A DNA stretch of 64,000 bases from a virus. The DNA lies in IMG/VR virus record IMGVR_UViG_3300043775_001834, positions 13,587-77,586 of that record; one strand, 5' to 3'. The stretch's first letter is position 1. Every line of letters starts with the position of its first letter. The position numbers were made by a program, and so were the translations under genes. Below, piece by piece: positions 39,909-49,215 of the stretch. Below the pieces are notes generated by a model, which was not told where the DNA came from, made no database searches, and saw nothing but the letters and a program-made list of their open reading frames with translations.

Positions 39909-40319
39909 ATGGAATCAAAAAAGCCAGATATCGTAGTATGGAACGAAAAAGATGGATATGATGCAAAGCTAAAGGCATATCCTACAAGTGCTTCCAGTCC
40001 AGGATTTGATTTACCTAATGTACCTTTATTTAGAACACAATCATCTAAAAAAATGATGAATGTTTTTAATCGAGAGAAAGAGGAAATTAAAGAAAAAATC
40101 GAAAAGCTATACGAAGAGTATAATACATCGATAATGGTATGGGAATCTAAAATATCTTTTGAGCCTATCGTAGGAAAATCTTATTTCTTATATACTTTTA
40201 AAGGTGAATTGACATTGTCATTAATAGGTCCAACTGAATGGAATCGAAGAGAAGATTTTATTGGCGAATTTATTTTAAATTCTGATAATAAGTGGATAGA
40301 ACGTAAAACTAAAATATAA
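39909..40319 (+). CDS. DUF2452-like protein
   Basis: SFEPIVGKSYFLY...LSLIGPTEW pattern, recalled from Bacteroidota DUF2452. Confidence 0.65.
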   Translation: MESKKPDIVVWNEKDGYDAKLKAYPTSASSPGFDLPNVPLFRTQSSKKMMNVFNREKEEIKEKIEKLYEEYNTSIMVWESKISFEPIVGKSYFLYTFKGELTLSLIGPTEWNRREDFIGEFILNSDNKWIERKTKI

Positions 40320-40678
40320 TGGAAGTAGTCGAAGGACCCTTAGAGGTTAGCCAACATAAATCGGCTAAATTACACAAAAGAATTAAGAAAGAATTTAAAA
40401 ATGCTAGCAATCTAGAAATATGGGAAGGGATTCGAGATAATTTTATCTTTGGATTTCTTGGTGCTATTTTAGTTGTGTTTATTTCTACGAAAACCGATAT
40501 CGCAGTCCTCGTCGGCTATTTAGTTTACTATTTCTTTATGGGTAGAATTGTTAATCGTCCTAAATATGTAACTGAATTAGGAAAGCTAATTGTATTTCCT
40601 TTGCCATCTGCACTAGGTGCATTTACCGGCTATAAATTATCTTTATTTTTTATCGACTTAATCAATCAAATATCTTAA
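40319..40678 (+). CDS. Three-TM membrane protein
   Basis: Three hydrophobic segments. Confidence 0.6.
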   Translation: MEVVEGPLEVSQHKSAKLHKRIKKEFKNASNLEIWEGIRDNFIFGFLGAILVVFISTKTDIAVLVGYLVYYFFMGRIVNRPKYVTELGKLIVFPLPSALGAFTGYKLSLFFIDLINQIS

Positions 40679-40696
40679 TTCATTCATATAATAAAC

Positions 40697-41107
40697 ATGG
40701 AACTATTCGATTTTATGAAGGTAATCTTCTCAAACCCTAAGCAATATTCAACAATTAAAAACTCGGAAAAAGAACGTCATTTCTTTATGACTCAACGTTT
40801 TTTTTCCGTGAAGCACCCCACAACAGCTCAATCATTAAATCGAAACGGCATCACCGGTTGGGCTGTTGTAGATTTATGGCAAATCGTGGGTTCTCGCTTT
40901 CAAAGGGTTCCAGGTTGGATATATACTAAAACGAAGAAAGCTCCGACTGAAAAAATATGGAAACCTAATCCGGAAGTTGCAAAGCTATGGATGGAACGAA
41001 ATGGACTTGGTGAACGAGAATTAAATCTCGCAATCAAATTCAATCCAGAAGAAATGAAACGTACTTTTACTTTGATCGAAAAACAGATCGATACTAGTGT
41101 CAGATAA
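40697..41107 (+). CDS. Possible clamp loader small subunit (gp62-like)
   Basis: MELFDF start, FFM.QRFFS, W.Y.K.KK resemble gp62; CATATAA box shared with replication genes. Confidence 0.45.
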   Translation: MELFDFMKVIFSNPKQYSTIKNSEKERHFFMTQRFFSVKHPTTAQSLNRNGITGWAVVDLWQIVGSRFQRVPGWIYTKTKKAPTEKIWKPNPEVAKLWMERNGLGERELNLAIKFNPEEMKRTFTLIEKQIDTSVR

Positions 41108-41759
41108 ACTTGATTTTACAGATATTGACGAAATGATTGAACCGCTTATTTTAGAGATTTACCTAAATAGTAATAATTATAAGGATCGTTTGTTAATAAC
41201 CGATCTAAAAAAGAAGGCTCAAATCGTAAAATTACCAATGATTGATGATTCGTCTTTCTATGTAAAATCCGAAGAAGTTAGCGATATTCTATATGAAAAA
41301 CATCGAAAAGATATCAAGAATTACCAATCGACTCCAGTATCTACATTTATAGAATCTGCAAATTCAGTATTTTATATTGAAGCCATTCTCAGAGAATTTG
41401 ATTCATTAAAGTACTTTAAAGTTAACGTATCAGATAAAAGCATATCCAGAGATACATCTAACCTATTTGAATATAAAATCATGCATTCAAAAATGGACTT
41501 GGCTAATTCGGTTGACGATGATTTTTTAGAAATGTGCGTTACAGTATTTAAAAACATAGGCATATATCGTACCTCTACATTTTACCCACAGCCTTATCTA
41601 GAAGTATCAATCCGAGATTTATTTTATAAACTCATAGATTATCGAGAGCAATTCGACAAAGAAGACGACGAGTACTTAGACGTAGTAGATATTATGATGA
41701 TGTTCGGAAACAAATTAGAACGAGATAATGCTACTTGTCTGGTAATATTGCAAAAATAA
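41097..41759 (+). CDS. Hypothetical protein
   Basis: ORF track; GTG start overlapping the previous gene. Confidence 0.6.
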   Translation: MSDKLDFTDIDEMIEPLILEIYLNSNNYKDRLLITDLKKKAQIVKLPMIDDSSFYVKSEEVSDILYEKHRKDIKNYQSTPVSTFIESANSVFYIEAILREFDSLKYFKVNVSDKSISRDTSNLFEYKIMHSKMDLANSVDDDFLEMCVTVFKNIGIYRTSTFYPQPYLEVSIRDLFYKLIDYREQFDKEDDEYLDVVDIMMMFGNKLERDNATCLVILQK

Positions 41760-41805
41760 GAGGAACTTTTAGTATAAATAACTAAACAAAAATCTTATTT
41801 ACGAT

Positions 41806-42192
41806 ATGCCTGGTACAGATCCTAAAATAGAGGAAATCTTAAATTCTCTTAAATTAATTACTGAGAAATTACCAAATGGTGAATTAGAAAGCATCAAAAG
41901 AGTAATGGATTCCTTTTCTAACACTCAATCCGAAATTAAAGAAGACCTTGAATATTTCAAAAAGCGTCTTTTTAATCCAGATGATGGAGTAATTGTTAGA
42001 ATAAACAAAAATACGGAATCTATTGCTAGATACGAAGATGATATCGATCAAATAGTTGATATCAAAAATCGTGTAGATAATTTAGAAAAATGGCAAGGTG
42101 GAGTTAATAAAGCTTTATGGTTTGTATTTACTTCGATTGCTGGTTTAGTTATCGCACTTATATTTTCTTTGATTACGGTAAAAACAAAATAA
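41806..42192 (+). CDS. Coiled-coil protein with C-terminal TM anchor (XhlA-like / lysis-associated)
   Basis: RVDNLEKWQ then WFVFTSIAGLVIALIFSLI; TATAAATA at 41773. Confidence 0.55.
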   Translation: MPGTDPKIEEILNSLKLITEKLPNGELESIKRVMDSFSNTQSEIKEDLEYFKKRLFNPDDGVIVRINKNTESIARYEDDIDQIVDIKNRVDNLEKWQGGVNKALWFVFTSIAGLVIALIFSLITVKTK

Positions 42193-42196
42193 ATAA

Positions 42197-44065
42197 ATGC
42201 GTTATAGCTACGAGTTTATCTCAAATAACCTTACGTATAATGCCGGTGATACTCTATTAATAGACTTCGCAAATTACTTTCCTTACGTTAAATCTATTGA
42301 ATCAATTAAATTTGATTTATCTCCACTAGAAACTAATGACAATGGTCATGATATTTTTATTAGATGGACATATGATATTCAACAATTAGATAGAGCAGTA
42401 GGAAAGCCTCATGTTGTATGGTCAGCATGGGAACAAATAACTGAGCTAGGTATTCAAGGTGAATTTTCAAGAAGAATTTTTAATAAAATTGTTAGACAAA
42501 CAAATCCTTATACCGAAAGAAATTCAGATTCGTTTGACCTTCAAATTAGGTTGGTTAGGAGAGGAACTTCTAGTGGAGGTCGACAATTAAACAATATTAC
42601 TATTGATGTAACCGACGGTTGGATTCCAGAAGAACCGGCAATACCTGTAATAACAAAAGGTGGTTGCAAAGCCACATCATGTCCTACTACCAATTTTGGT
42701 ACCGGAGTTACAATTGCATGTGATTCTAATTTATTTAGACCATATGATATGATGGGTCCAGCTATTAAGTTATACCATGAAATGGCTTGTTCAGTATCAG
42801 AAATGTTCGGACATTGTGTTAGATATTTCAAAACTGAGGCTAATTTAGAATCGGCAGACCCAATCCTTAAAGAATATTCGTTGTATACGGTAACTGACGT
42901 AAAAGACATCAAAATATTACTTCCTGACAACAATATCCCGGATAACGCTATTAATTTCCTACCATATGACATGGACTTTGGTGAAAGTTTAGAAGTTCAT
43001 ATTGTTAGAGAACACTTCCACCGAGCCTTTGGTGATGATAATTTACCAGAACAAAAAGATTACATTTATTTTCCTTTACTTGATAGAATATTCGAAGTTC
43101 ATTCGAGCTATTTGTTTAGAGATTTTATGGCTGATCAAGTTTATTACAAATTGAGCTTATATAAATGGCAAGATAAATTGAATGTAATGAGAGAAAATCC
43201 AGAAATCGATCAATACGTAGATAGCATACATACTAGTTTAGATGAAGTTTTAGATGCAGAGATTCAAAAAGAATATATTGAAATCACTAAACCGCAGCAT
43301 TATCAAACGATAGCTATTGGTGGATACGATCATATTAGAAGTCATATTAACGAAAATTTAATAATCGAAACAAAAGACTTAACTAATTATTTTACGGTAG
43401 TTGGTAAATATTTCTACGATTTAACTAAAGGAATGACATGGCACGACATTGCAGCTCAATACAAGCAATTAGTTAATCGAGGTGACAATGACAACACTTC
43501 CTTTACGATGTGGTTTAAACCTCAGCATTTATCTAGTAGCACAAATACTTATGATACTTTAATTGAAGGTTTCAATGAATCTGAAAATAAAGGATTTCAA
43601 ATCAATTTAGATTATAATGGACAATCCGCATCGAGTATAACTGTTAAATCTAATGCACATACTTTGAAATTTGAAAAGAATTTCCCTACATTAAGTAATA
43701 ATGATTGGTATGGTCTTTGTGTTAATCACATGAATGAATTTGGTCAGATTGCAGTTTATATTTGGAAGATGGGCTATGATTCTACAATGCCACCTAGAGG
43801 ACAACAGAAAACTACTAATTTACAATTGATATTCTCTGAGGTAATCGATATCAATTATAAAGAAGCTATTAATCCAACAAATACGCCTTTCTTATTAAGA
43901 GCTGGTACAATATACTTAACAAATATCAGAGTTTGGAATGAATCAATTGAGGAAGAAAAACAACCTATTATGCTAAATCAATATGTTGTTAAAGACAACG
44001 ATTTTGGATTAATAATTGACAATGCCGTACCACCAATAAAATTAGTCAGGGAGTATGTTCGTTAA
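42197..44065 (+). CDS. Neck protein (gp14-like) with N-terminal extension and C-terminal LamG/ConA-like domain
   Basis: MFGHCVRYF, P...DYIYFPLLDRIFEV core; SFTMWFKP, WYGLCV, LTNIRVWN. Confidence 0.65.
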   Translation: MRYSYEFISNNLTYNAGDTLLIDFANYFPYVKSIESIKFDLSPLETNDNGHDIFIRWTYDIQQLDRAVGKPHVVWSAWEQITELGIQGEFSRRIFNKIVRQTNPYTERNSDSFDLQIRLVRRGTSSGGRQLNNITIDVTDGWIPEEPAIPVITKGGCKATSCPTTNFGTGVTIACDSNLFRPYDMMGPAIKLYHEMACSVSEMFGHCVRYFKTEANLESADPILKEYSLYTVTDVKDIKILLPDNNIPDNAINFLPYDMDFGESLEVHIVREHFHRAFGDDNLPEQKDYIYFPLLDRIFEVHSSYLFRDFMADQVYYKLSLYKWQDKLNVMRENPEIDQYVDSIHTSLDEVLDAEIQKEYIEITKPQHYQTIAIGGYDHIRSHINENLIIETKDLTNYFTVVGKYFYDLTKGMTWHDIAAQYKQLVNRGDNDNTSFTMWFKPQHLSSSTNTYDTLIEGFNESENKGFQINLDYNGQSASSITVKSNAHTLKFEKNFPTLSNNDWYGLCVNHMNEFGQIAVYIWKMGYDSTMPPRGQQKTTNLQLIFSEVIDINYKEAINPTNTPFLLRAGTIYLTNIRVWNESIEEEKQPIMLNQYVVKDNDFGLIIDNAVPPIKLVREYVR

Positions 44066-44110
44066 TCGGAGGTATTCCATTATCATTCTGGATATATAAA
44101 ATAAAACTTT

Positions 44111-44977
44111 ATGTTTTATTGCTATATATTACTAGATCCTACTAAGCCAGGAATTTATCAATATGAAAATTTCAAATTTGATTTCGAACCCTTTTATGTA
44201 GGTAAAGGCAAATCAAATAGAATTAATTCTCATGATAAAATAAAAGATACAAAGACTCATAAAGGAGCAAAAATACAGAAGATTAAAAAATTAGAGTTAG
44301 AAGTTATTAAAATCAAATTATTTGAAAATTTAACTGAATCAACATCTTTTGAATTAGAGGTATCAACTATTTCTATTATTGGTAGAAAAGACAAATCTAA
44401 AGGCCCTTTACTTAATTTAACTGATGGAGGTGAAGGTACTTCAGGTAAAATTTACACTAAAGAAGAAAAATTGCATAAATCAATTAAATCAAAAGAATGG
44501 TGGTTTTTATTAAAAGAGGATAGAATTAGTTATGAAGATTATATTAAAAAACTATCATCCGGAGTATCAAAAGCTCAAACCGGAGTTCCTTATGAAATTA
44601 GATATGGAGATCGAGCCGAAGAAATAAGAATTAAAAAATCTGAATGGACTAAAGAAAATTTTCATAGAACTGGATTAGGTCAAATGGATTTTAAAGGAGA
44701 GAATAATCCTATGTTCGGTAAATCTATAAAAGATATATGGATTGAAAAATATGGCATAGAAGAAGCTGAAATCAAACATAAAGAGTGGATCGCTAATAAA
44801 TCTGGTAAAATTCCTCATAATAAATTAAATATTCAAATTTCTCAAAAAGATAAAGAAGGTAATTTAATAAAAATATGGAACGGATATCCGGAAGGATTTT
44901 CTAAACCGAATATATGTAAAGCTCTCAAAGGTGAAAGAAAATTTGCTAATGGATTTATATGGGAATATGTTAGATAA
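44111..44977 (+). mobile_element. Free-standing GIY-YIG-type homing endonuclease with NUMOD-type C-terminus
   Basis: FYCYILLDP, FYVGKGKSNR, LLNLTDGGEG, GENNPMFGK, I.KALKGERKFANGFIWEY. Confidence 0.85.
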
Positions 44978-44995
44978 ATAAATAAAGAAATAATT

Positions 44996-45271
44996 ATGAA
45001 ACATATACTAACATTCGAAGAATTCTTAAACGAATCAACGATAAAAGAAAGCGCAGAAGCATTCAACATATCTACGATAAAAATAAAAGATGTTGTAGAA
45101 TTAACAAATACTAGGACTGGTGATGTAGGACAATACACGGTAAAGAAAATACATGGTGGTTCAAGTAATATCAAAGAGATTGAATTATTGAACCGTAGTA
45201 AACAACCTCTAATTTTGTATTATAGTAAAGAACGTGGCCTACAAAACTTTAAAGGAGATACTTACAAATAA
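44996..45271 (+). CDS. Putative internal head protein
   Basis: Starts MKHILTFEEFLNES; GATAAATA at 44973. Confidence 0.6.
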   Translation: MKHILTFEEFLNESTIKESAEAFNISTIKIKDVVELTNTRTGDVGQYTVKKIHGGSSNIKEIELLNRSKQPLILYYSKERGLQNFKGDTYK

Positions 45272-45282
45272 AAGAAATAATC

Positions 45283-45831
45283 ATGAAACATTTACTAACA
45301 TTTGGTGAGTTCTTAAATGAAGCTAAATCTATCTCTGATTTATCTTCTAGAGATGAACAGCCTATGATTAAAGGAATTGCTGAAATTATTAATCGAGTAA
45401 AAGATCCTGTAAATAAAAGAGAAATGGTAGATGCATCAATCGAAGATTTTAAGAGAGAAGGAATTAACTTTGATTATGAAGAATTTAGAGATATTTGCAA
45501 CGAAGAATTAATAAATGAAGCAACTGATATTAAATTTGACGCTAAAGAATTTTTATCTGATTTAGAATCGAAAAACATAATAGATACAGGTGGGTATTTG
45601 TCATCAACTGGCAACGGAGCTCGAGGAAAAAATAAATTATTCATTACTTCGTCTAAATATCAAGACTATGATGATTTCAATGCCATTATAAAAAATACAT
45701 ATAAAACAGTAGGTTCTACTTCTATGTCATCTGACGTATATACAAATGGAAAAATTCATTTTTTCTTTTATCCTACTAGAGGAAATGGAAATTATGAAAT
45801 AGTAATTAGGAGAAAAAATTACAAAAGATAA
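45283..45831 (+). CDS. Putative internal head protein
   Basis: Starts MKHLLTFGEFLNEA; internal LINEA site. Confidence 0.6.
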   Translation: MKHLLTFGEFLNEAKSISDLSSRDEQPMIKGIAEIINRVKDPVNKREMVDASIEDFKREGINFDYEEFRDICNEELINEATDIKFDAKEFLSDLESKNIIDTGGYLSSTGNGARGKNKLFITSSKYQDYDDFNAIIKNTYKTVGSTSMSSDVYTNGKIHFFFYPTRGNGNYEIVIRRKNYKR

Positions 45832-45852
45832 CCACATATAAGCCATATAATG

Positions 45853-45890
45853 ATGTGCAAGAGACTTTTTAAGTTTTTTGCACATTTTTT
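45853..45890 (+). terminator. Intrinsic terminator
   Basis: ATGTGCAAGAGACTT / AAGTTTTTTGCACAT stem plus T tract. Confidence 0.75.
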
Positions 45891-46041
45891 GATTATATGA
45901 AACTCGGCCACTCTCGAGGTCATATAACGATTACTTGGATTCGAGGAAAATGATATATCTAGTTCCGAGGTAAGCCCAGCCGAGCCAAGGACCCAACCGA
46001 GGTTTGTAATAAGGATATATAATACAATACTACAAGATTAT

Positions 46042-46674
46042 ATGGAAGAAAACAACCAAGACCCTATTAGAAAATCAATAGAAGATTTATTAAGAGAAGA
46101 TAGCACACAAGGGCTACCGGCTCAATCAGTAGGGCTTCCTGCATTTTTACCTTCAGAACCTATGGATTATGACGAATTGAAAACTTCTTCAATGACCAAA
46201 TCCAAAAAGGTAATGGGTTCCTTACTTAAATTTTATCTTTCACAAGAGTTGATAGATAAAAACGAATACATTCGAGCAAAAGCTAATCTAGAAATAACCA
46301 CTCTATCTTCATTAATACAACAAATGGAAATGTCGGAAAGGGCAATCACTATTTTGATGCGGAGTATTGATACCGGAGAAACTTCACCTCGTATGTTTGA
46401 GGTTTTAGGAGGTTTACAAAAGACTTTATTAGATATAATGAAACATCAAACTCTTCATATGATGGCAGCTGAGGAAAATATGAAAAAAATGAGAAGAGAT
46501 ATCGATATCTATCAAAATACTATAAATACTACTACCGCAAAAATAGAACAACAAGGAACTCAAACATCTAGAGGTACTCGAAATTTAATGAGAGAAATTC
46601 AAGCTGAATTAGGCAACGAAGAACCTGAAGTAGATCCTTACGATTTTGATTCTGAAGAACAAAACGAAATATGA
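46042..46674 (+). CDS. gp16: Terminase small subunit (gp16-like)
   Basis: SPRMFEVL resembles T4 gp16 SPRHMEVF; upstream of TerL; late promoter at 46014. Confidence 0.7.
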   Translation: MEENNQDPIRKSIEDLLREDSTQGLPAQSVGLPAFLPSEPMDYDELKTSSMTKSKKVMGSLLKFYLSQELIDKNEYIRAKANLEITTLSSLIQQMEMSERAITILMRSIDTGETSPRMFEVLGGLQKTLLDIMKHQTLHMMAAEENMKKMRRDIDIYQNTINTTTAKIEQQGTQTSRGTRNLMREIQAELGNEEPEVDPYDFDSEEQNEI

Positions 46675-47375
46675 AAAACTTAGATATTGCTAGCACTTTT
46701 CTTAAATTTGGAGATTTTCAACGAAAAGGTCATATGGAAAAAGAGCTAGATCCTCGACAAATAACTAGAATCAATGACGAAAATTCTGCTTATAAATCCT
46801 CTTCAATTTACTTAACTTTTGATTTATGTCCTTCTCATAGTTTGGACATGAAAGTTATTAAATGGTTAGAAGATAATAAAGCCGGTGCAACTTTTTTTGT
46901 TAATGTTGATTGGCTTAATGTTAATAAAGATGAAGACTTTTCATTCTTAACTAATCCGCAATTTACGATAGGTGGACATGGTTTTAAACATGTCGATAAT
47001 CTAAAGCAATCAAATTTTCAACAGGCATTAGATATTCATGCATGTTATGACGATTTGAGTAAAAGATTTAAAGAACTTATTAAATGGTATCGAGTTCCTT
47101 TTGGACATCCAACTGAAACTACATTTAAAGAACTTTCTAAATTAGGCTTAAAGTGTGCATCTTGGTCCGGACCGGTTCTTGATAGAGAGGCTAAAGAAAT
47201 ATCACAAAAAAATGAGAAAGAATACCAAACTTTCTTCGATCTTAGTTTAAGATCTGGAGATTTGCTGATTCTACATGCAAACGGCACTGGTATTGATACA
47301 ATCGAAATACTTGAGAAATTAAAGAAAATTGCTCAAGAACGAGGGTATATTTTTGACAAACTCCCAAATGTTTAA
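46671..47375 (+). CDS. Polysaccharide deacetylase (CE4/NodB-like)
   Basis: YLTFDLCP, ATFFV, GHGFKH, YRVPFG, GDLLILH. Confidence 0.85.
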   Translation: MKNLDIASTFLKFGDFQRKGHMEKELDPRQITRINDENSAYKSSSIYLTFDLCPSHSLDMKVIKWLEDNKAGATFFVNVDWLNVNKDEDFSFLTNPQFTIGGHGFKHVDNLKQSNFQQALDIHACYDDLSKRFKELIKWYRVPFGHPTETTFKELSKLGLKCASWSGPVLDREAKEISQKNEKEYQTFFDLSLRSGDLLILHANGTGIDTIEILEKLKKIAQERGYIFDKLPNV

Positions 47376-49167
47376 GGTAAAAGAATATAAAGAAGATAAA
47401 CAAAAAGATGACGGTAGAGTAATTTGGACAACTGAAAAGGTCTATAAATTACTTGACGCCATGGAAGAAGGTTATCAAGCTTCAGATCATCCATTCTATG
47501 AAGGAGATCCAAACTATAAAAAGGGCAATATAGTTTACGAATACACTGATATGGAGTATGACGAAATTAAAAGATGCGCTAAAGACATCATTCACTTTGC
47601 AAATACTTATTGCCAAGTAATGACGGATGAAGGTTATATGAAAATACAACTTCGTCCATATCAAGAAACCGTACTTAAATCCTATCAAGACAATCGATGG
47701 AGCATATTTGTTGCACCACGTCAGATAGGTAAAACAATTACTTCGTCTATATTTTTGACTTGGTATCTCTTATTTCACTTTGATAAAAACGTACTTCTTA
47801 TGTCGAATAAGGGTGCTACAACAAAAGAAATTATGGATAAAATTAAGGCAATTATGGAAGGACTTCCATTTTTCCTTAAACCAGGTGTACTTAAAAAAGA
47901 CGTAATGACTATGATGTTCGATAATCGATGTCGAATCATAGGACAAAATACTACAAAAACTGGCGGTATTGGTTTTACTATCCATCTTTTATTTTTAGAT
48001 GAGTTTGCTCATATTCCTGAAGGAATTAAACGTCCTTTCTATGAAAACGTTTATCCTACACTATCCTCATCGAAAATTTCAAGAATGATTATTACTTCAA
48101 CTCCTAATGGATTCGATTTATTCCAGGAGCTGTATCAAGGAGCTATCGATGGAGCTAATGAATACACTCCGTTAAGGGTAGATTGGTGGGATGTTCCAGG
48201 AAGAGATGAAGCATGGAGAGCTAGAGAGATTGGTAACTTAGGTTCCGAAGAAGCTTTTAATCAACAATATGGCTGCCAATTCTTATCATCATCTTCATTA
48301 TTACTTACATCTGAGCAGATAAATAAGTTAGTAAAAGAAGAGAAGGAATTTGAGTTTAGGGAAATAGATACTTTAGATGATTTATGTATTGATTACTCTC
48401 AATTAAAATGGGATCCAGACTTTGACGTTGATGATATCGAAGATAAATCTAATTTCTTTATTTGTACGATTGATTTAGCAGAAGGAATAGGTAGAGATTA
48501 TACGATTTTGAATATTTTTAAAGTAGTTCCTTTGCGTGAATTTGATATGGATGCATTAGTTGCACCAGGTCACGTTTCAGATTTCTTTGGATTAGAACAA
48601 GTAGGTATTTTTAGATCAAATATTCATAATCTAGGAGAATTTGCAAAAATACTTTATTGTCTGTCAGTTAAATATTTCTTTCAAGATAATTTGCGCCTGA
48701 TTATTGAATATAACACATATGGATCAACTTTAATTAAACACTTAACTACATTATATCCTGCAAGTAATGATTTTGATGAAGAAACTTTAGTAAAATACAC
48801 TCATCGTTTAGGAAATAAAACAAAAGAATTTGGTGTTAGGATAAATAGAGAGAACAAGATGCTATACTGTGAAAAGTTAAAGCAATGTGTGCAAAAAGGA
48901 CAATTGATAATTAAAGATCCTAGAACAATTCTAGAAGCTAAGATGTTTTCAAGAAATCCAAATGGTACATATTCAGCTCAAACCGGAAACGATGATTGTG
49001 TAATGTCATGTGTAACTGCTTCGTCGTTTTTTGAAACTTTAGATTACAATGAAATTATTGAAGAGTATTTTGATAATATTGACGAAGAATTACAAAATAA
49101 AATAGACTTAATCTTAGAAAATTCCGATCCAGGTGAAGACGAAGATTTTTATAGTTCTATGTTTTAA
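47368..49167 (+). CDS. gp17: Terminase large subunit (gp17; start revised to ATG 47368)
   Basis: LRPYQ, PRQIGKT, LFLDEFA, ITSTPNG, F.QQYGC.F, DLAEG.GRDY, NDDCVMS. Confidence 0.96.
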   Translation: MFKVKEYKEDKQKDDGRVIWTTEKVYKLLDAMEEGYQASDHPFYEGDPNYKKGNIVYEYTDMEYDEIKRCAKDIIHFANTYCQVMTDEGYMKIQLRPYQETVLKSYQDNRWSIFVAPRQIGKTITSSIFLTWYLLFHFDKNVLLMSNKGATTKEIMDKIKAIMEGLPFFLKPGVLKKDVMTMMFDNRCRIIGQNTTKTGGIGFTIHLLFLDEFAHIPEGIKRPFYENVYPTLSSSKISRMIITSTPNGFDLFQELYQGAIDGANEYTPLRVDWWDVPGRDEAWRAREIGNLGSEEAFNQQYGCQFLSSSSLLLTSEQINKLVKEEKEFEFREIDTLDDLCIDYSQLKWDPDFDVDDIEDKSNFFICTIDLAEGIGRDYTILNIFKVVPLREFDMDALVAPGHVSDFFGLEQVGIFRSNIHNLGEFAKILYCLSVKYFFQDNLRLIIEYNTYGSTLIKHLTTLYPASNDFDEETLVKYTHRLGNKTKEFGVRINRENKMLYCEKLKQCVQKGQLIIKDPRTILEAKMFSRNPNGTYSAQTGNDDCVMSCVTASSFFETLDYNEIIEEYFDNIDEELQNKIDLILENSDPGEDEDFYSSMF

Positions 49168-49215
49168 CCCAAATTTCATCTAATGGATGATATATAATAA
49201 AAAAATAATAGCAAT

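Noticed and set aside
46671-46730. Capsid-targeting tag on the deacetylase (FLKFGDFQRK)
   Set aside because: Has the F..F core but lacks the (I/L/V)NE cleavage site, so it was not counted in the family
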